Shown in pieces: positions 26,808 through 39,659 of a stretch of DNA of 64,000 nucleotides (its first letter is position 1; every line of letters starts with the position of its first letter). Location: positions 2,170,001 to 2,234,000 of the forward strand of contig NEEC01000007.1 in NCBI GenBank assembly GCA_002189035.1, read 5' to 3'. The position numbers and the translations under genes are program-made. The notes beneath the pieces were generated by a model, which worked only from the letters and a program-made list of their open reading frames with translations, searched no databases and was not told the DNA's origin. The DNA is from Utricularia gibba (Eukaryota; Plantae; Magnoliophyta).

Positions 26808-28200
26808 GGCCCTTGGTTGTGTTCGTTACTCTCGAGAGCTCTAGTCTGGTTCATCTTCTATGTTGAATCCCGCTCCGTTGTGCTGCTTCTGTTGCCCTGT
26901 TCCCGTGCAAATGCTTTATTCTATAGCAGTTTCTGGATTCAAATTGGTGGGCGTTGGAGAGGTTCAAGATTGGGTTCGTTATTTAGTATATGTTTCGTTA
27001 TCACATCAATGCTTCTTGATTTGTTTTTTTTCTGATTCGAGTGCTCTGCTTCAGGAGTAGTCTCGGGGATCTCGTGAAACCAGGCATTCCGTGAGGGTAA
27101 ATGGAAGCTGGTTACTCTTTCTTGTAACTCGGATTATGTGTTAATTCCGTCCAATTAATTTGAATGATTCCCATCCTCCGATGGGTAAAATCTTGCTGAA
27201 TCGCGTCGCATTTACTTTGGTTGAATCAAGTAGTTTTGTGATGGTGTGCTGATTGTTGCTTAATTTGATTTTTCGTTATTTGCTATGCATGCTGAACATG
27301 GGCTTAGAATCTTTTCTACTATCGTGTTCTTCAGCGAATGGATGTTTTACTGCTCACCCTGTAAAATGTTACTCCGAGGCTAAAAGCATCCAACCAGGTG
27401 TTCCACTCATTCTCTGCAATCGATGCATTGCACATCCTCGGTAACCATTGTCTAATGAAGTTTCCTCTCCATTTGTGTGGCTCATTTACCAGCACCATTT
27501 CTCTACCCGTTAAGCCACTCCGTTGTGCAAAGGCCTTCATATGCTCTAAATATGCTATCATGGTTAGCAACAAATTATAGTTTCATGGTTAGTTCAAGTT
27601 TTGCTATTATTTACTTTGCTTATGCTACATAAAAACATATTGACTATGAGTTTGTGAGTACCATTGCATTGACGGTGATGCATGGTGTATGCAACTGCTG
27701 TTTTCAGAGCATGGATGTTTTATGCTTTAAGTTTAGCAAGTTATGTAGTGTTCATAGAATCTGTTCTAATGATATCACATTCATGCTGTTAGGCTGGTGC
27801 GAACTATGAAATGGCTCAACTCGTTGTTCCTTCCTGCCACAACCTCGTTCTTGTAAAATGAAACTCTTTTGGAACTGGAATGTTAAGTGTCAGCAATCGA
27901 AAACAGCGGCTTACCAGCTGTTTGCCTGTAGGGATTTAGTGTACACTACTACACATGATCAACCTGAATGAGAACTGGGCATGGCTCTGGAGATCCAAAT
28001 AGCGATCCACACCATACCAGTGGCTCCTTGGCTTTATGTTTCCATCCCACGCATATGGTGCGAGCATGAAGCCAACCCCTCTTTCTTATTCAGCTGTATG
28101 TTGAAACTCTCGACTCTCGAGGACTTGTGAAACCTCTTCCTCTTAAATCCCATGCTTGTATTGCATTGTATCAGGAAGAATTTGTCTCCCTGTGTTAATT
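26808..28200 (+). ncRNA. Candidate spliced non-coding or small-ORF transcript
   Basis: GC-richer blocks alternate with T-rich blocks bounded by plausible splice sites: acceptor CTTCAG near 27054, donor G|GTAAAT near 27097, acceptor CTTCAG near 27334, donor G|GTAACC near 27440, acceptor GTTAG near 27792. No recognisable ORF. Transcription is not demonstrated. Confidence 0.3.
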
Positions 28201-28459
28201 TGTTTGAAGTCTCACATTACATCAAAAAAATGTACAATTGGAGCTTATTTAGAGTTTAAGGGAAGCCTACTTTGCTTGGTTCAATTATTATTATTATTTT
28301 CAAAAAACAGTATCATTTACAGATTATATAATTTTATATTAATGATGACAACTTTTTTTACTCGAACCAAAACAAATCATGTGAGACAATTAAAATTCCC
28401 TTTTAAGTTTAATTGGCATAACACGCGTCATCTATCCAAAACCCGAGTGGGGCCTACGT

Positions 28460-28620
28460 GATCTAGGAACCTCCAGTATCATCGCACCATTTGATTTCCG
28501 TGCCAGCGAGGACGATAACCGATAAGGTGATAAGAGGATCGGGATCCGATTGGCCACCCCAAATTGCACTCAACCCGTTGGATCTGAAAAATCCTACAAA
28601 TCCAACGGCGATGGCTCGCC
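28460..28620 (+). promoter_or_regulatory. Light-responsive Lhc-type promoter
   Basis: Tandem GATA/I-box motifs (GATAACCGATAAGGTGATAAGA, about 28513-28534), an inverted CCAAT (ATTGG) and an ACGT core at about 28456, upstream of LHCA4. Confidence 0.6.
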
Positions 28621-28720
28621 CCTCCATCATCACCACAAATTCCCATCAGAGCGTTGAGTAGTTACAAATACCAACAGCGGAGGTTCACAGGCCATCTGCA
28701 CCCAGATTTCCCGGCGAGAA

Positions 28721-29659
28721 ATGGCAACCGTCACCACTCAAGCTTCCGCCGCGGTGTTCCGCCCCTCGGCAACCCGGTCCCGTTTCTTGCGAGGATCAGC
28801 CGGAAAACTGAACGCCCAAGTTTCGGTTGGTCAGGCTTTGCCGATCAACAGAGGCTTCAGAGTCGAAGCCAAGAAGGGAGAGTGGCTCCCTGGAGCCGTT
28901 TCTCCGGCGTATCTCAACGGCACGTAAGCCACATTCCCTTCTTCTGAGATTGACAATTTAATCCAACTGTTTTGAAAGAATGGGATGTTGGCTGTCTCTT
29001 ATGTGGTGTTTTTTTGACTGATTAGTTTGGCGGGAGACAACGGGTTCGATCCTCTGGGACTAGCCGAGGACCCCGAGAACCTGAAATGGTTCGTGCAGGC
29101 GGAGCTGGTGAATGGGAGATGGGCGATGCTCGGGGTTGCAGGAATGCTGCTGCCGGAAGTCCTGACCTCCGCCGGACTGATAAACGTTCCGAAATGGTAC
29201 GACGCCGGGAAAGCGGAATACTTCGCATCCTCGTCTACCCTTTTCGTGATCGAGTTCATTCTTTTCCACTACGTGGAGATCAGAAGATGGCAAGATATCA
29301 AGAAACCCGGAAGTGTTAATCAAGATCCCATTTTCAAGAGCTACTCATTGCCACCCAACGAAGTCGGATACCCTGGCGGCATCTTCAATCCCCTCAACTT
29401 CGCCCCAACCCTAGAAGCCAAGGAAAAGGAGATCGCCAATGGTAAACCATACAAAGAGAAACTTTTCATGCACAACACTGTCGACAAAAAGAAATGAGAT
29501 TTCACCTTCTGTTTTTCTGGTACAGGGAGACTGGCAATGCTGGCATTTTTGGGATTCCTGGTGCAGCACAACGTGACCGGGAAGGGGCCATTTGACAACC
29601 TGCTTCAGCACATAGGTGATCCGTGGCATAACACAATTATTCAGACCTTGAAGGGCTGA
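28721..29659 (+). CDS. LHCA4: Photosystem I chlorophyll a/b-binding protein Lhca4
   Basis: [15 protein letters not shown] transit peptide, [70 protein letters not shown]. Exons 28721-28923, 29026-29441, 29526-29659. Confidence 0.96.
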
Positions 29660-30124
29660 TTCGCAAAGCCAACGCTTTCATGTAAAGGGAATGAATCCTA
29701 CATTGTAATTTCTTGATGCTCTTCTGGGCCTGTCTCCTTCATGACCTAATACAATCTTATAGAGACACAATCAAAACCGATAATCACAAAACGCAGACCG
29801 CCAAATGATATTTAATCCACACGGTCTGAAACTACAATCTCGCCTTCTAACACGAACATATAAATCAACTGGGCAACAAAAGATTCACAAAAGGAAGGGT
29901 GCATTCTTCGTTTTCGTTGCTCCCAGGCAACACATACCTGAAGAAATGCCAATTAAGCTTGACCTTAGCCTCCGTCAGTAGCATGATTTGAATGAAGAAG
30001 CCCCCATTCAGACACAAGGCGATGAACACAGAAACCAGTCAACATCGATGCAAGAAAATAAGACCTGAATCGAAACCAACCTCGTAGAACGATGTGCAAT
30101 TTTTCCAGCCAATTTCAATGTCCA

Positions 30125-30445
30125 GCAAAAACTAGGTTTCCGAACCCTGCTAGATGTGGGCACGGTCCGGCCCACCACGTGAAACCCACGGCCCAATTAC
30201 AGCCTATAACATCAGGCCCCGGAGCCTAGTAAACTAAAGTAGATTTAAAAGGAAATGGATTTAGGAATATCACGTGGCCCATGTTGGGCTTGCCCAAGAC
30301 CGGTCCGTGCCCACCCTCTAAATCTTGCCCATTAGAATTCCAAAGCCTTTTCATCATGGGCCTAATACAAACAAAATTGCTGTTCCTTTCGAATGTCATA
30401 TGGGGTCTGGCCCAGTTAAATTAAGGCCCAAACCCTCAAGCCCAA
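30125..30445. promoter_or_regulatory. Dense Site II (TGGGCY) / G-box / telo-box-like cluster with no adjacent coding gene
   Basis: About 7 TGGGCY/RGCCCA motifs (near 30169, 30190, 30286, 30357, 30409, 30426, 30439), two CACGTG (near 30176, 30271), and telo-box-like TAGGTTT (30133) and AAACCCT (30430). Confidence 0.55.
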
Positions 30446-31921
30446 CTACTTTCTACCAGTTTGCATTATTTCATTTTATAATACTTTTTTCAATACCAAA
30501 ACTATATATATAGCAGATTAAATATCGCACTGCAAGTATTAAGATTCAATTCATCTGGTTGATTCAATTTTATCCATAAAAATTATAATAATAAAGAAAA
30601 TAAGTTGCTTTCATTGTGATCACCAGGCAGATATTTGTCACGATAAGTGGCCACGGTTGGGAGATATATGTGAACATGAAGCGATCCCAAATTATCGGGA
30701 CGGGGGATGCCAGCCATTCGTCTAACAACTTGCATTCAAAAATTGAATTCGAATTTATTGAATTTCGTAATTGTGACAAAAAAAAATCTAGCTCTTTTAT
30801 CTTCAAAATAAATAAAAGAAAAATTGTGTTAAAATCCGGGTTCCTATTATTTTTTTTAATCTTTTAACTATATAATATTATGAGTTTAGTTTACAAAATA
30901 TATTGGTGTCTCGTATATATATATATATTCATTTATAACTCATAAATAATAATTTTTTAGTAGTTTCATCATATTATCGTTCTCGCACAAGACTATAGCT
31001 AATTATAAATCTGATTTACTTTTATATAGACATGAAATAATTATGTTGAGGAAAAAGTTGGTGATGATGAAGATTTGTCCACTTCGTTTCGGGGATTAGT
31101 ACTACTTTTATGGCTCTAGTCCTTTTCAAAGGCATGTGGCTTAGATTTGTTCCTGGAGAAAATATCTGCTCTTGCATCGCACACGGGATGTCCGCAATTC
31201 GTCTGCTTGAAAAAGAGGTTGGGAGCATTCCCCCCACACAGCCACTGCTTAATCCTCCACAGAAATGGACAAATTTAATATGATTTTTTGGGCAAGACGT
31301 CAGCAGATATGATGAAATCATTTAATATTCGGGTACATGTATCATAAGCTCCAAATTACAGCAAGATATGTTCCTGTCCAAAAGGGGCATCTTTTGAGCA
31401 AGTCTGCTTTCATATTTGACGGTTCAGGATGTCTGAAAGGTCTTTTTCGCTTTATGGATGAAGCGAAAAAACCTCTCTTTTGTGTCATCTTCTACAAAAT
31501 CTCTTCCCACTGCGTAAAAGTCCCAAAAGATCCGTTCTTTGGTTGATATTTGGAGGCTAGTTCATACTCATGTAACCTTTTGTGGGATGATCAAACTTGA
31601 CGAGGTGTGCATTGAGGAGGAGTAAAGGATCACAGCAGTTTCCTTTTATTATGTAGCAAAAAGAGGAAATCTGATCATTCAACCAAAATTATAGAGAACA
31701 ACACATGGATACGCCTCAAGCCTATTTTCAACAGCCGGGTTACCCCTACACTTTGTAAGCAGCTCTTGCACAAGAATATGTACAAAAATGGATGAGGGCG
31801 ATCTCCAGAACTGTATCCCTCTAGACTAGTTCCAAAAGGGGTAAGCAATTAATCATAATTCACCACGCTGAGATTCCAAGATCATATAAGGGAAATGCAA
31901 CCTGAACCAGTGTAGCTTCGG

Positions 31922-33707
31922 TTATGCGGTTTCTTGGAAGGTCATAGAGCGGGATAAGGCGGCCGGATTTGCTTGCAGAGCTTGTGAGGTAGAGTGGGGA
32001 GCATTTTCCTTTTGATCCTTCGGTTGAAGAGCTTTGAACAGGCCCTCTCTACTAAGGGAATCATACTTGATCCCCAGGGTTTTCCATATTGAGCTCTTGG
32101 CTGCTTCCTCTGGATCACCAACCCTCAGTGTCTTCGGAACAACAATTGAGCCTTCTGATTTTTCTGGTTCAGTAGGATCCTCGGATTCTGGTTTCTTTGA
32201 CTTGAGCAACTCCCCATTTCTCGAATGTTTACCCAGGGGTGAGGCTGGGGCAAAGCTGGTTGCATTGTGATCAGGGGATGGAGACATGACCGGTAACCAT
32301 GGAACAACCCAAGGATTAGGCACTGCACAATTCCAATACGGAGGTGGAAAGAATGGCATTGGATAAATTGCAGGGATGGGAACAGCAGGGTTCATAGGAT
32401 ACGTCCATGCAACACTGGGAATGCAAGGAACGGGTGAAGAGAAGCCATTAAGGTTCTGAGGAATGGGAACTTGTGCTGCACCTTTGCTGGAGGCATCACC
32501 ACCATTAGAATCTTTATTCATGCAAGGAACAGGGGAAACTATTTTTCCACCATTGTAGACACCATTTCCAGGACCGTTTTGTGCTCTTTTGTCAGCAAGT
32601 TTCAACCCTGAGGCTATGGACTCACACAATGATGAATCTGGGCTGAAAGAAAGAACAGTCGAGCCCGCCTTCATAGCTGGAAGATGAGGGTTGCTAGAAT
32701 CATCCATTCTTGCTCCACCGAGGGCCTCAGAAATCGCTATATGGTGACAATGTGAGGATGAATTCTTAGTCTTACGACGACCTGCTCCAACTGGAAGATT
32801 TCTCATCATACCTCCAGCTGTCCAGTACCTTTGACAGCTCTTGCAGAAGTGTCGAGGTTGGTTAATGTTGTAGTTGTTGTAGTAACAGAACTTAGTATCC
32901 ATGCTATTGCAACGAGGGCAAGGTAGAATCTTGTCTGGCTTCTTCAGTGGCTTCTGCTGCATGTTCTTCCCATCATTGCCATTAGTTAGATCGACCGCAG
33001 ACACTGCCTCTCCTTCTTCATTAGGGTTTTCATCTGAAGATCTTACTGTTCCAGGATTTTGCGGCTCATCTGCTGAAGTTACAGAAAATTCGTTCCTTTC
33101 TAGTTCATCTCTCTCAGAGGTCTCAGCCACTCGTTCCTCCTGGGTTCCATAAAAGACTCATAAATTTAGCGTCTACAAAAGTCAATCAAGATCTTATTTA
33201 TTCAAGTAAGACAAGCAATCCAAACCACCCCTTCACAGATTCCAAACTCAGCAGAACCTCAAGTAAAGGCAATAACCTTCAGAAACCCCGTGAAAAATCA
33301 AGTAATAAAAGTTTGGGGGAAAGTCGTATCACGATCTAACGAACCTAGAAAAAGTGAATACTTGATGAGGAAAATACAAAGGCGGCTAGAATAAACTATA
33401 CACCCCGGAGTTTTATCGAATTCAGGGCTCGGAGAAAACGCGTATCCCCTCATAACAACAGAAATATCAGCTGAATACAAACAGAACAAGAAAAGTGATT
33501 TTAATCCAGTTACTGGATATACAGTAAGATTTGAGACTCAAATTTAAGTAAAATCACCTCTTCTGCCTGCAGAATCTTGCCCCCATCATCGTCCCCTCCA
33601 CTTTCACCCGAAGAGGAATCGCAGCCGTAGCCGCCGCTTCCTTCAGACGCCTCCGCCACGTCTGGGAACATAATTTTGCTCCCAAAAAGCTTAATCTTGG
33701 GCTCCAT
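31922..33707 (-). CDS. CDF: Cycling DOF factor (CDF-type Dof zinc finger)
   Basis: N-terminal IKLFG (TOPLESS-binding motif), Dof domain [41 protein letters not shown], and C-terminal [18 protein letters not shown] and [11 protein letters not shown]. Exons 33707-33558 and 33139-31922. Confidence 0.95.
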
Positions 33708-34668
33708 ACACAGAGACTTGCTTCACAGTACGAAGATCACAAGAAAAAAGAATCAAAATCGAGAGGAAAAGATGTGGAAAAAAGAGGATTCGATGGCACT
33801 TGGCACCGGTGAGTGAGGTGCTTTTGATCTCTTTGATATCAAACCGAAACGGCGTCGTTGGGTCTTTGCGCCACGTCAGCATAGGGTTATTCTCTACCAC
33901 AAATTTTTAATTTCGAGATCCGGCGTCGTTTCATTGCCAAGTCTGAGGCGGCACTTTACCGAATATCCGTGCTTTTTATGTTCCGAGTGGTGGGTCGACG
34001 TGGAGCGTTTTCATTGGGCAATCAATTCAAGTCTATCCAGTACTCTGCCCTCTCATTGGTCCAATTTTAAAGTTTAATTATAATATAATTGTATGTGTAT
34101 ATACTCAATTGAATATAATGCTTGATTGCAAAATAGAAATATGAGTATGTGAATGATAAATATATAATTAATTCTTCACCTCATATCAACTAAATGCTCA
34201 AAAAATGAATATATGATTACTATCGTCATTCAAACCTAACACATATATGCTATTTAATAAAACAATAGTGTATATGTAAATTTAAGTATAAATCTTATAT
34301 ATTATATTATAAAACACTCATTTAATGTTATATTTGGTAAGGTTGGTTATAGAATATTCTAACATACCATTTTACATTTAAATCCCTTTAAATTGGACAT
34401 TAAATCATATTACATCAATTTACACTATAAAACCGCTTATAAAAATCTTTGATTCAAAATTTTTTAATGATTTAAAATGCTACTCTTACAAATTCAATAT
34501 TTAATTTAAAAGACAATTGAGTTATAAAACATTTAATAATTATTTTAATAATATTATTTAAAAACTCTTTAATAATCAAACAATTTTTAATTTGTTATTT
34601 ACTTTAAAGATATATTTCAAAACATATTATAAAACTTTAAAAAGGTCTCCCTTTTAAAATGAATCACT

Positions 34669-35695
34669 TCAGAACAAGTCGGCTGTTTCAGACATCGTCA
34701 TGTCGATGAGATCTCCAAATTGCCCCTGGCTAGCCCCGTTTTCAATCAGCCATTTGTCGAAGACGGTGAGGGGCATTTGCGTCTGATCACGATCGTGACG
34801 GGGCCCCGCGTTTCCAGCCCCACGCTTCACACCGTCACCCTCAGAAGACGACTTCGTTTCGTCTGGACTCGACGTGCTGCGGTTCGCGCCGTCGGTGGAG
34901 CATCTCTGTGCCGCAGGATCCGGTTTCTTCATCCAATTGACGAGGAGGCGGGCGATGTTATCGGCGTTCGACGCGTACGAGGAAGGCGTCGGAGGAGGAT
35001 TCGTCATTTGAGGAAGCGAGGATGAATTTTCTTCCCCAGACTTTACAAGCCCGAGGGCTTGAAGCAGGTCGCGCTTCGCCGTCTGAATGTCGGTTTGGAG
35101 TCTCCTCTCCCACAGGCCCTTCGATCCGGAGGATGACGACTCGAAGGAACGCCCGTCAGCCAATTGATTCCGACAACCCTTCGCCACCTTCTTCTTCAAG
35201 TGGGTGTTCCAGTAGTTCTTGATATCGTTATCAGTTCTCTGGGGAAGATACGTCGCTATTGCTGCCCATCTGCAGTAATGTTTGCCATTCGTGACAGCAG
35301 CAGAACAGTTAATAACGAATCAGTTTCCGTCATCTTACCTGTTACCAAGAAGTGCTTGAAGATGGATGATCGTTTTCTCTTCTTGCTTAGAAAAATTCCC
35401 CCGCCGTATCCCCGGGCGGAGATAGTTCGTCCACCGGAGCCGGCAACTTTTGCTGCACCGGAGCAACCCTAAAGAAACAACTTTTCCTCAGCCAACACAG
35501 ATCTATAAAAAGTCCAGGCCCTCTCGATCAAATACACTGATTACCAACAACTAGCTCACCTGCGTTGCTGGGAACAGTCCTCCAGTTCCCAGCACCATGT
35601 TGCTGCACATAAGAAACAAGAAGTATATCTTCTTCAGGAGTCCATGGCCCCTTCTTCACCCCCATCTTCTCAAAGCAAGGTGGCCTCCCCCTCAT
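34669..35695 (-). CDS. R2R3-MYB subgroup 1 (MYB30/31/94/96-like)
   Basis: [21 protein letters not shown] / [21 protein letters not shown] / [27 protein letters not shown], plus the subgroup-1 motifs [12 protein letters not shown] and [12 protein letters not shown]. Exons 35695-35560, 35468-35339, 35269-34669. Confidence 0.93.
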
Positions 35696-36544
35696 CCCTA
35701 ACTAGACACAAAAGTGAAAGAAATCCTCCGCTACTTCCTTCCTAAGAACCTCTGCTGTTGAACAAGGAGACAAAGGGAGGAGGAAGCAAGGAACATGATT
35801 TGCGGGTCTCAATGTCACTCTGCGTGTATTTATTCACTCACACTACCAGAGACAAGAGAGGGAACCCTGGTTTGAACATGGTGTTGCAGTGAAGAATTGA
35901 TGGGACCTATGGTGTAATAACGAAGGAGGAGTCAAAAGCGGGAGCCAGCAGCATTTACTCTTGTGCTGGGATACCAAAAGTCAGCTTCCTAAGCCACACT
36001 TCTCCACCCTGCTTCTCCCATCAATGCCCATCCACAAATTATTCTGTGCCAGTAAACTCTACCAGGGAATCTTTTTTTTTATTCATCTTTGAATTTCCCA
36101 CGAGCCGATTGGACAACGAGGTTGATGAAGAGTAAACGTAACAGTTACCCAGAGATTTCGAAACTTCAAATTTCACCAACTACCGTTTTTCCGGGCCAAT
36201 GCTTGAAATTTGACCAGTAGATCTTTGACTTGTATGTTGAAGATGTTGAGATGAGTTAGAAAATTGAGAAAAACAATCAATTTATGTATAAAAAATTGGA
36301 TTTAGTAGGTGAGATAAAAAAAAAAGCACGATAATTACTTTTCTAAATGACCCGAATATGTTGAGGATACCATAAGGTCAACTTAGGGTTCACAGGGTAA
36401 CACCAAAAATATGCAATAAAAATATTAAAAAAATAGTAAAAGTAAAAGAAGATTAACCATTATGGATGATACAAATTGATAACTCATTGTTTGATTTAAT
36501 CATAACTTTAAACATAATGCTTCTATGCCATTGGCATAGAATAA

Positions 36545-39360
36545 TGTATTTCAAAAAAAATTAGGAGAATATTGGATTCCTTTAAATTAAATAAAATGGT
36601 ATCTAGAATCAGGGAAATTTTAGCCTCTAGAGCTACACTGCTGCTCTTTAGACCTTAGATTCCGTACTCCAACTCATAAAAATAATATTTTAAAAAATAT
36701 TGAAATAAAATGTGTTTCAAGGATCTTAATATGATTTACAAGATAGATTAGGACATCCATCCGTATTTGACGGATTTTTTTATGCTTTCAAACATGTGCA
36801 TATTGAAAACTACGACGTGTAATTAGGATTTATAGAGGACTAAGTTGATATGGATAGATAATTAATAAATTACATATTTTATAAAATTATATAGTATAAA
36901 TCTTTTTTAAATATTTGTAATTATAAATAGACATATATATAGTGTGTGATGAATCTTACATTGATTATGAATGAAAAAGAATATAAGATTAAGTCAAATA
37001 ATCATACAAATTATACATGAGATCTTTTTCTAATTTTTTAAAAACTCTTCATGTGATCTTTTTTTATTTATTCTAATTATATATACTCCTAAGATCTATG
37101 AATTCATTGCATTTTCAAATTTAGTTGTATCATATATGTGTTAATTTAAATGCATAATTTATTTAAAACACTTTTAAAAAAATTATAAGCTTAATGAGTT
37201 ACATAGTTGTAACAAGAGAACATGTCCTAAGAAATGGAAGCATATGCAGTGGACCGTACAGCTAAGGTATGATTCCTAGCTAGGGTTCAATTCAGTAATG
37301 GGATATGTAATTTTGAAGAAAGAATATTTAATTAATGGCTATTCAGTACAGAAACACACCCCCCAGTTATTCCGCGCGGCACGGGGTCAGCAATAAGTGC
37401 AGTGCAGCGCATCAGGGGAAATAATGGCGACCCACAGCCAAGAATTCGATTTCGTGGAGTATGGATGCTGTATACCCGCTAATCTCTCACTTGATTCTTG
37501 TGACCTGAGTGGCAGATACAAGATGAATACTTTACAGAAATGTTTTAGACTGCTGTCTGGTAGAGAGTGTAGATTTGGTCGCAAATCAGGAGGATCGATG
37601 TTAGAATCTCCTGTCGCACACATTTGAAATCTGTAAGAACAATTTTGGACATGTTTGATGCTCGGAAATGGGGTAGTCCCGGCTCCCCATTTAAGACTGT
37701 ATGGACAGGAATCTTTTGTTTGTCATTCCCGGGTCAAGATTTGAGTTTGTGATCAACCCAGAAACTGGGGTGTTTTTTTTCTGTAACCGTGCTTCTAAGA
37801 CTTGTGTTCAGTGCCTTGACCTTGCGCTGCTCTGGCGGCAATCCTCACCGGAAAACCTCCTTTCATCTTTGCTGTCACCAGTGTCAGGTAGATCGGCTCC
37901 GCTCCGTCGTCAGCCACTGGCACAACTCTGAACTCCTGGAGCACAGCGGAGATCACACTCTTCATCTGCAAGAAAGCCATCTCCTTTCCTAAGCATACTC
38001 TTGGCCCTGCATTGAATACAGGGTTGTAGGGATCCCTGTTCACAAATGACACCTTTCCGTCCACCGTCTCCTCCAGCCACCGCTCTGGTTTGAATTCGCT
38101 CCAGTCCTCGCCCCAGACTGCCTCAATTCTCCCCATGGCGAATGCATTACATGACATGAGCCACCCCTTCTTCACAAACGTCCCATCGGGCAAAATGTCG
38201 TCCTGGAAGGCTTCTCTGGTGTCTAGAGGCACTGGGGGATAGAGCCTCATGCTCTCACAAATGGCCGCGTGAGTATATACAAGCTGCTTCACATCCTTGT
38301 ATCCGGCTGAAGTCGTTTCTGATCCATTTTGCTTGATTTCCCTCAAAATTTTGTCTTCAACATGTGGATTTTGTGATACAAGCCAAAAGAACCATGTCAG
38401 TGCAGCAGAAGTAGTGTCTTGCCCTGCTAAAATGAAGTTGAGGACGATATCCATCAATAGCTTTTCATCTGAAACTCCAGCGCTCAGAAATCTTGAGAGA
38501 AGATCCTCATTCGTTGCGGCTTTCTCCTCGACTTCATGCTTCTTCTGACGAACTATGTTCCTCGCCATATCCTTAACTGCACACAAGGCGATTCTGAGCT
38601 CCTTCTATGATCCCAGATCAAGGAATCTTTTGATTTTCCGGAGAATTGGGAGGATGTACTTGAATCTGTCGGTGATGTTGCGTACGGCAGTATAAAACGC
38701 GGTAGCAAACTTCTGTTCCGGCAGCGATGGCGATAGGTATTCAGGGTCATACCCAAAAGAAACCTGGCAGACATTATCGAATGCGAACCGCTGCATAACA
38801 TCTTGGAAGTCCAGCACAGATTCTTCGACAGCAGCCGTTCTCAAGATCGGGAGCAGGCGATCGGAGATCTCAACGTTGACGACGGACTCCAGGAACCAGC
38901 GCAACGATTTGATGTTGAACTCACGGCTAGCGAGCTGCCGTTGAAACTTCCACTTATCGCCGTCCAAGTTGAAGAGGCTGTCGCCGAGGAGGTCATAGAA
39001 GCCTGATCTCATAATCTCCCCTCTCCCGTAGTTTTCGAAATTCGTCTTGAGCATATGTTGGACGTTCGCGGGGTTCGCCGTGACGACGCCGGCCACCCGC
39101 ATCGGTAAGTGGAGAGTAAAGGTGAGCGACGGCGTCGATTTGACGAGCTCCGTTGTCCACTGCGGCAGTCGATCACCGTTCTTGGAGAACTCTACCACTG
39201 TAACGAGCGCAGAAGACGAAGAGATGGTCTTAGGCTTCGCCTTGGCTTTGAAAAAGACGAGGAGAATCAGAGCGGTGAGTATGGAAAGCAGGACACCGGC
39301 GTAGAATTCCGCCATTTTGGGAGCTTCCCTCGTTCACAGATACCGTGGATGTTATCTAGT
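36545..39360 (-). repeat. Left arm of a large inverted duplication (CYP94A plus about 1 kb of 3' flank), paired with 42378-44962
   Basis: The reverse complement of 36545-37795 aligns with 43917-44962 (for example AGCTACACTGCTGC / GCAGCAGTGTAGCT, GGAATCCAATATTCTCCT) apart from two indels. The P450 ORFs also align. Confidence 0.9.
37795..39315 (-). pseudogene. CYP94A: CYP94A-like cytochrome P450, copy 1, with an in-frame TAG at codon 237
   Basis: Intronless. WKFQRQLASREF, FDNVCQVSFGYDP, AGQDTTS, ESMRLYPPVP, PERW and haem motif FNAGPRVCLG. GAG->TAG at 38605-38607 relative to copy 2, and a 3-nt deletion in DPY(T)YP. Confidence 0.85.
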
Positions 39361-39659
39361 ATGAGAAGATGTAATCAATACTATGGTTCTTTCTTAATAG
39401 TTTTGATTTAGAGTCTCCTACTAGTATTTCACAAGGTGGTTGTGCAGAAATTATAAAAAACATTTTAGAACAAAAATTATATTAATTAACCACATAGAAA
39501 CAACTTAAATACTCAAATGCAATAAATGTGAACCAAGGATATTATAAATTAGATAGATCCGTGGCGAATACGTGTATTTGAAACCCCCTGCAAATGCAAA
39601 TACCTATCGTAGTTAACCTTCATGTGATCATCACACCAGCCATCGACTGAATGATTAAG

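Noticed and set aside
30140-30165. USE-like GTGCCCACATCT on the minus strand (snRNA promoter)
   Set aside because: Two mismatches to RTCCCACATCG, no TATA at the expected spacing, and no recognisable snRNA downstream.
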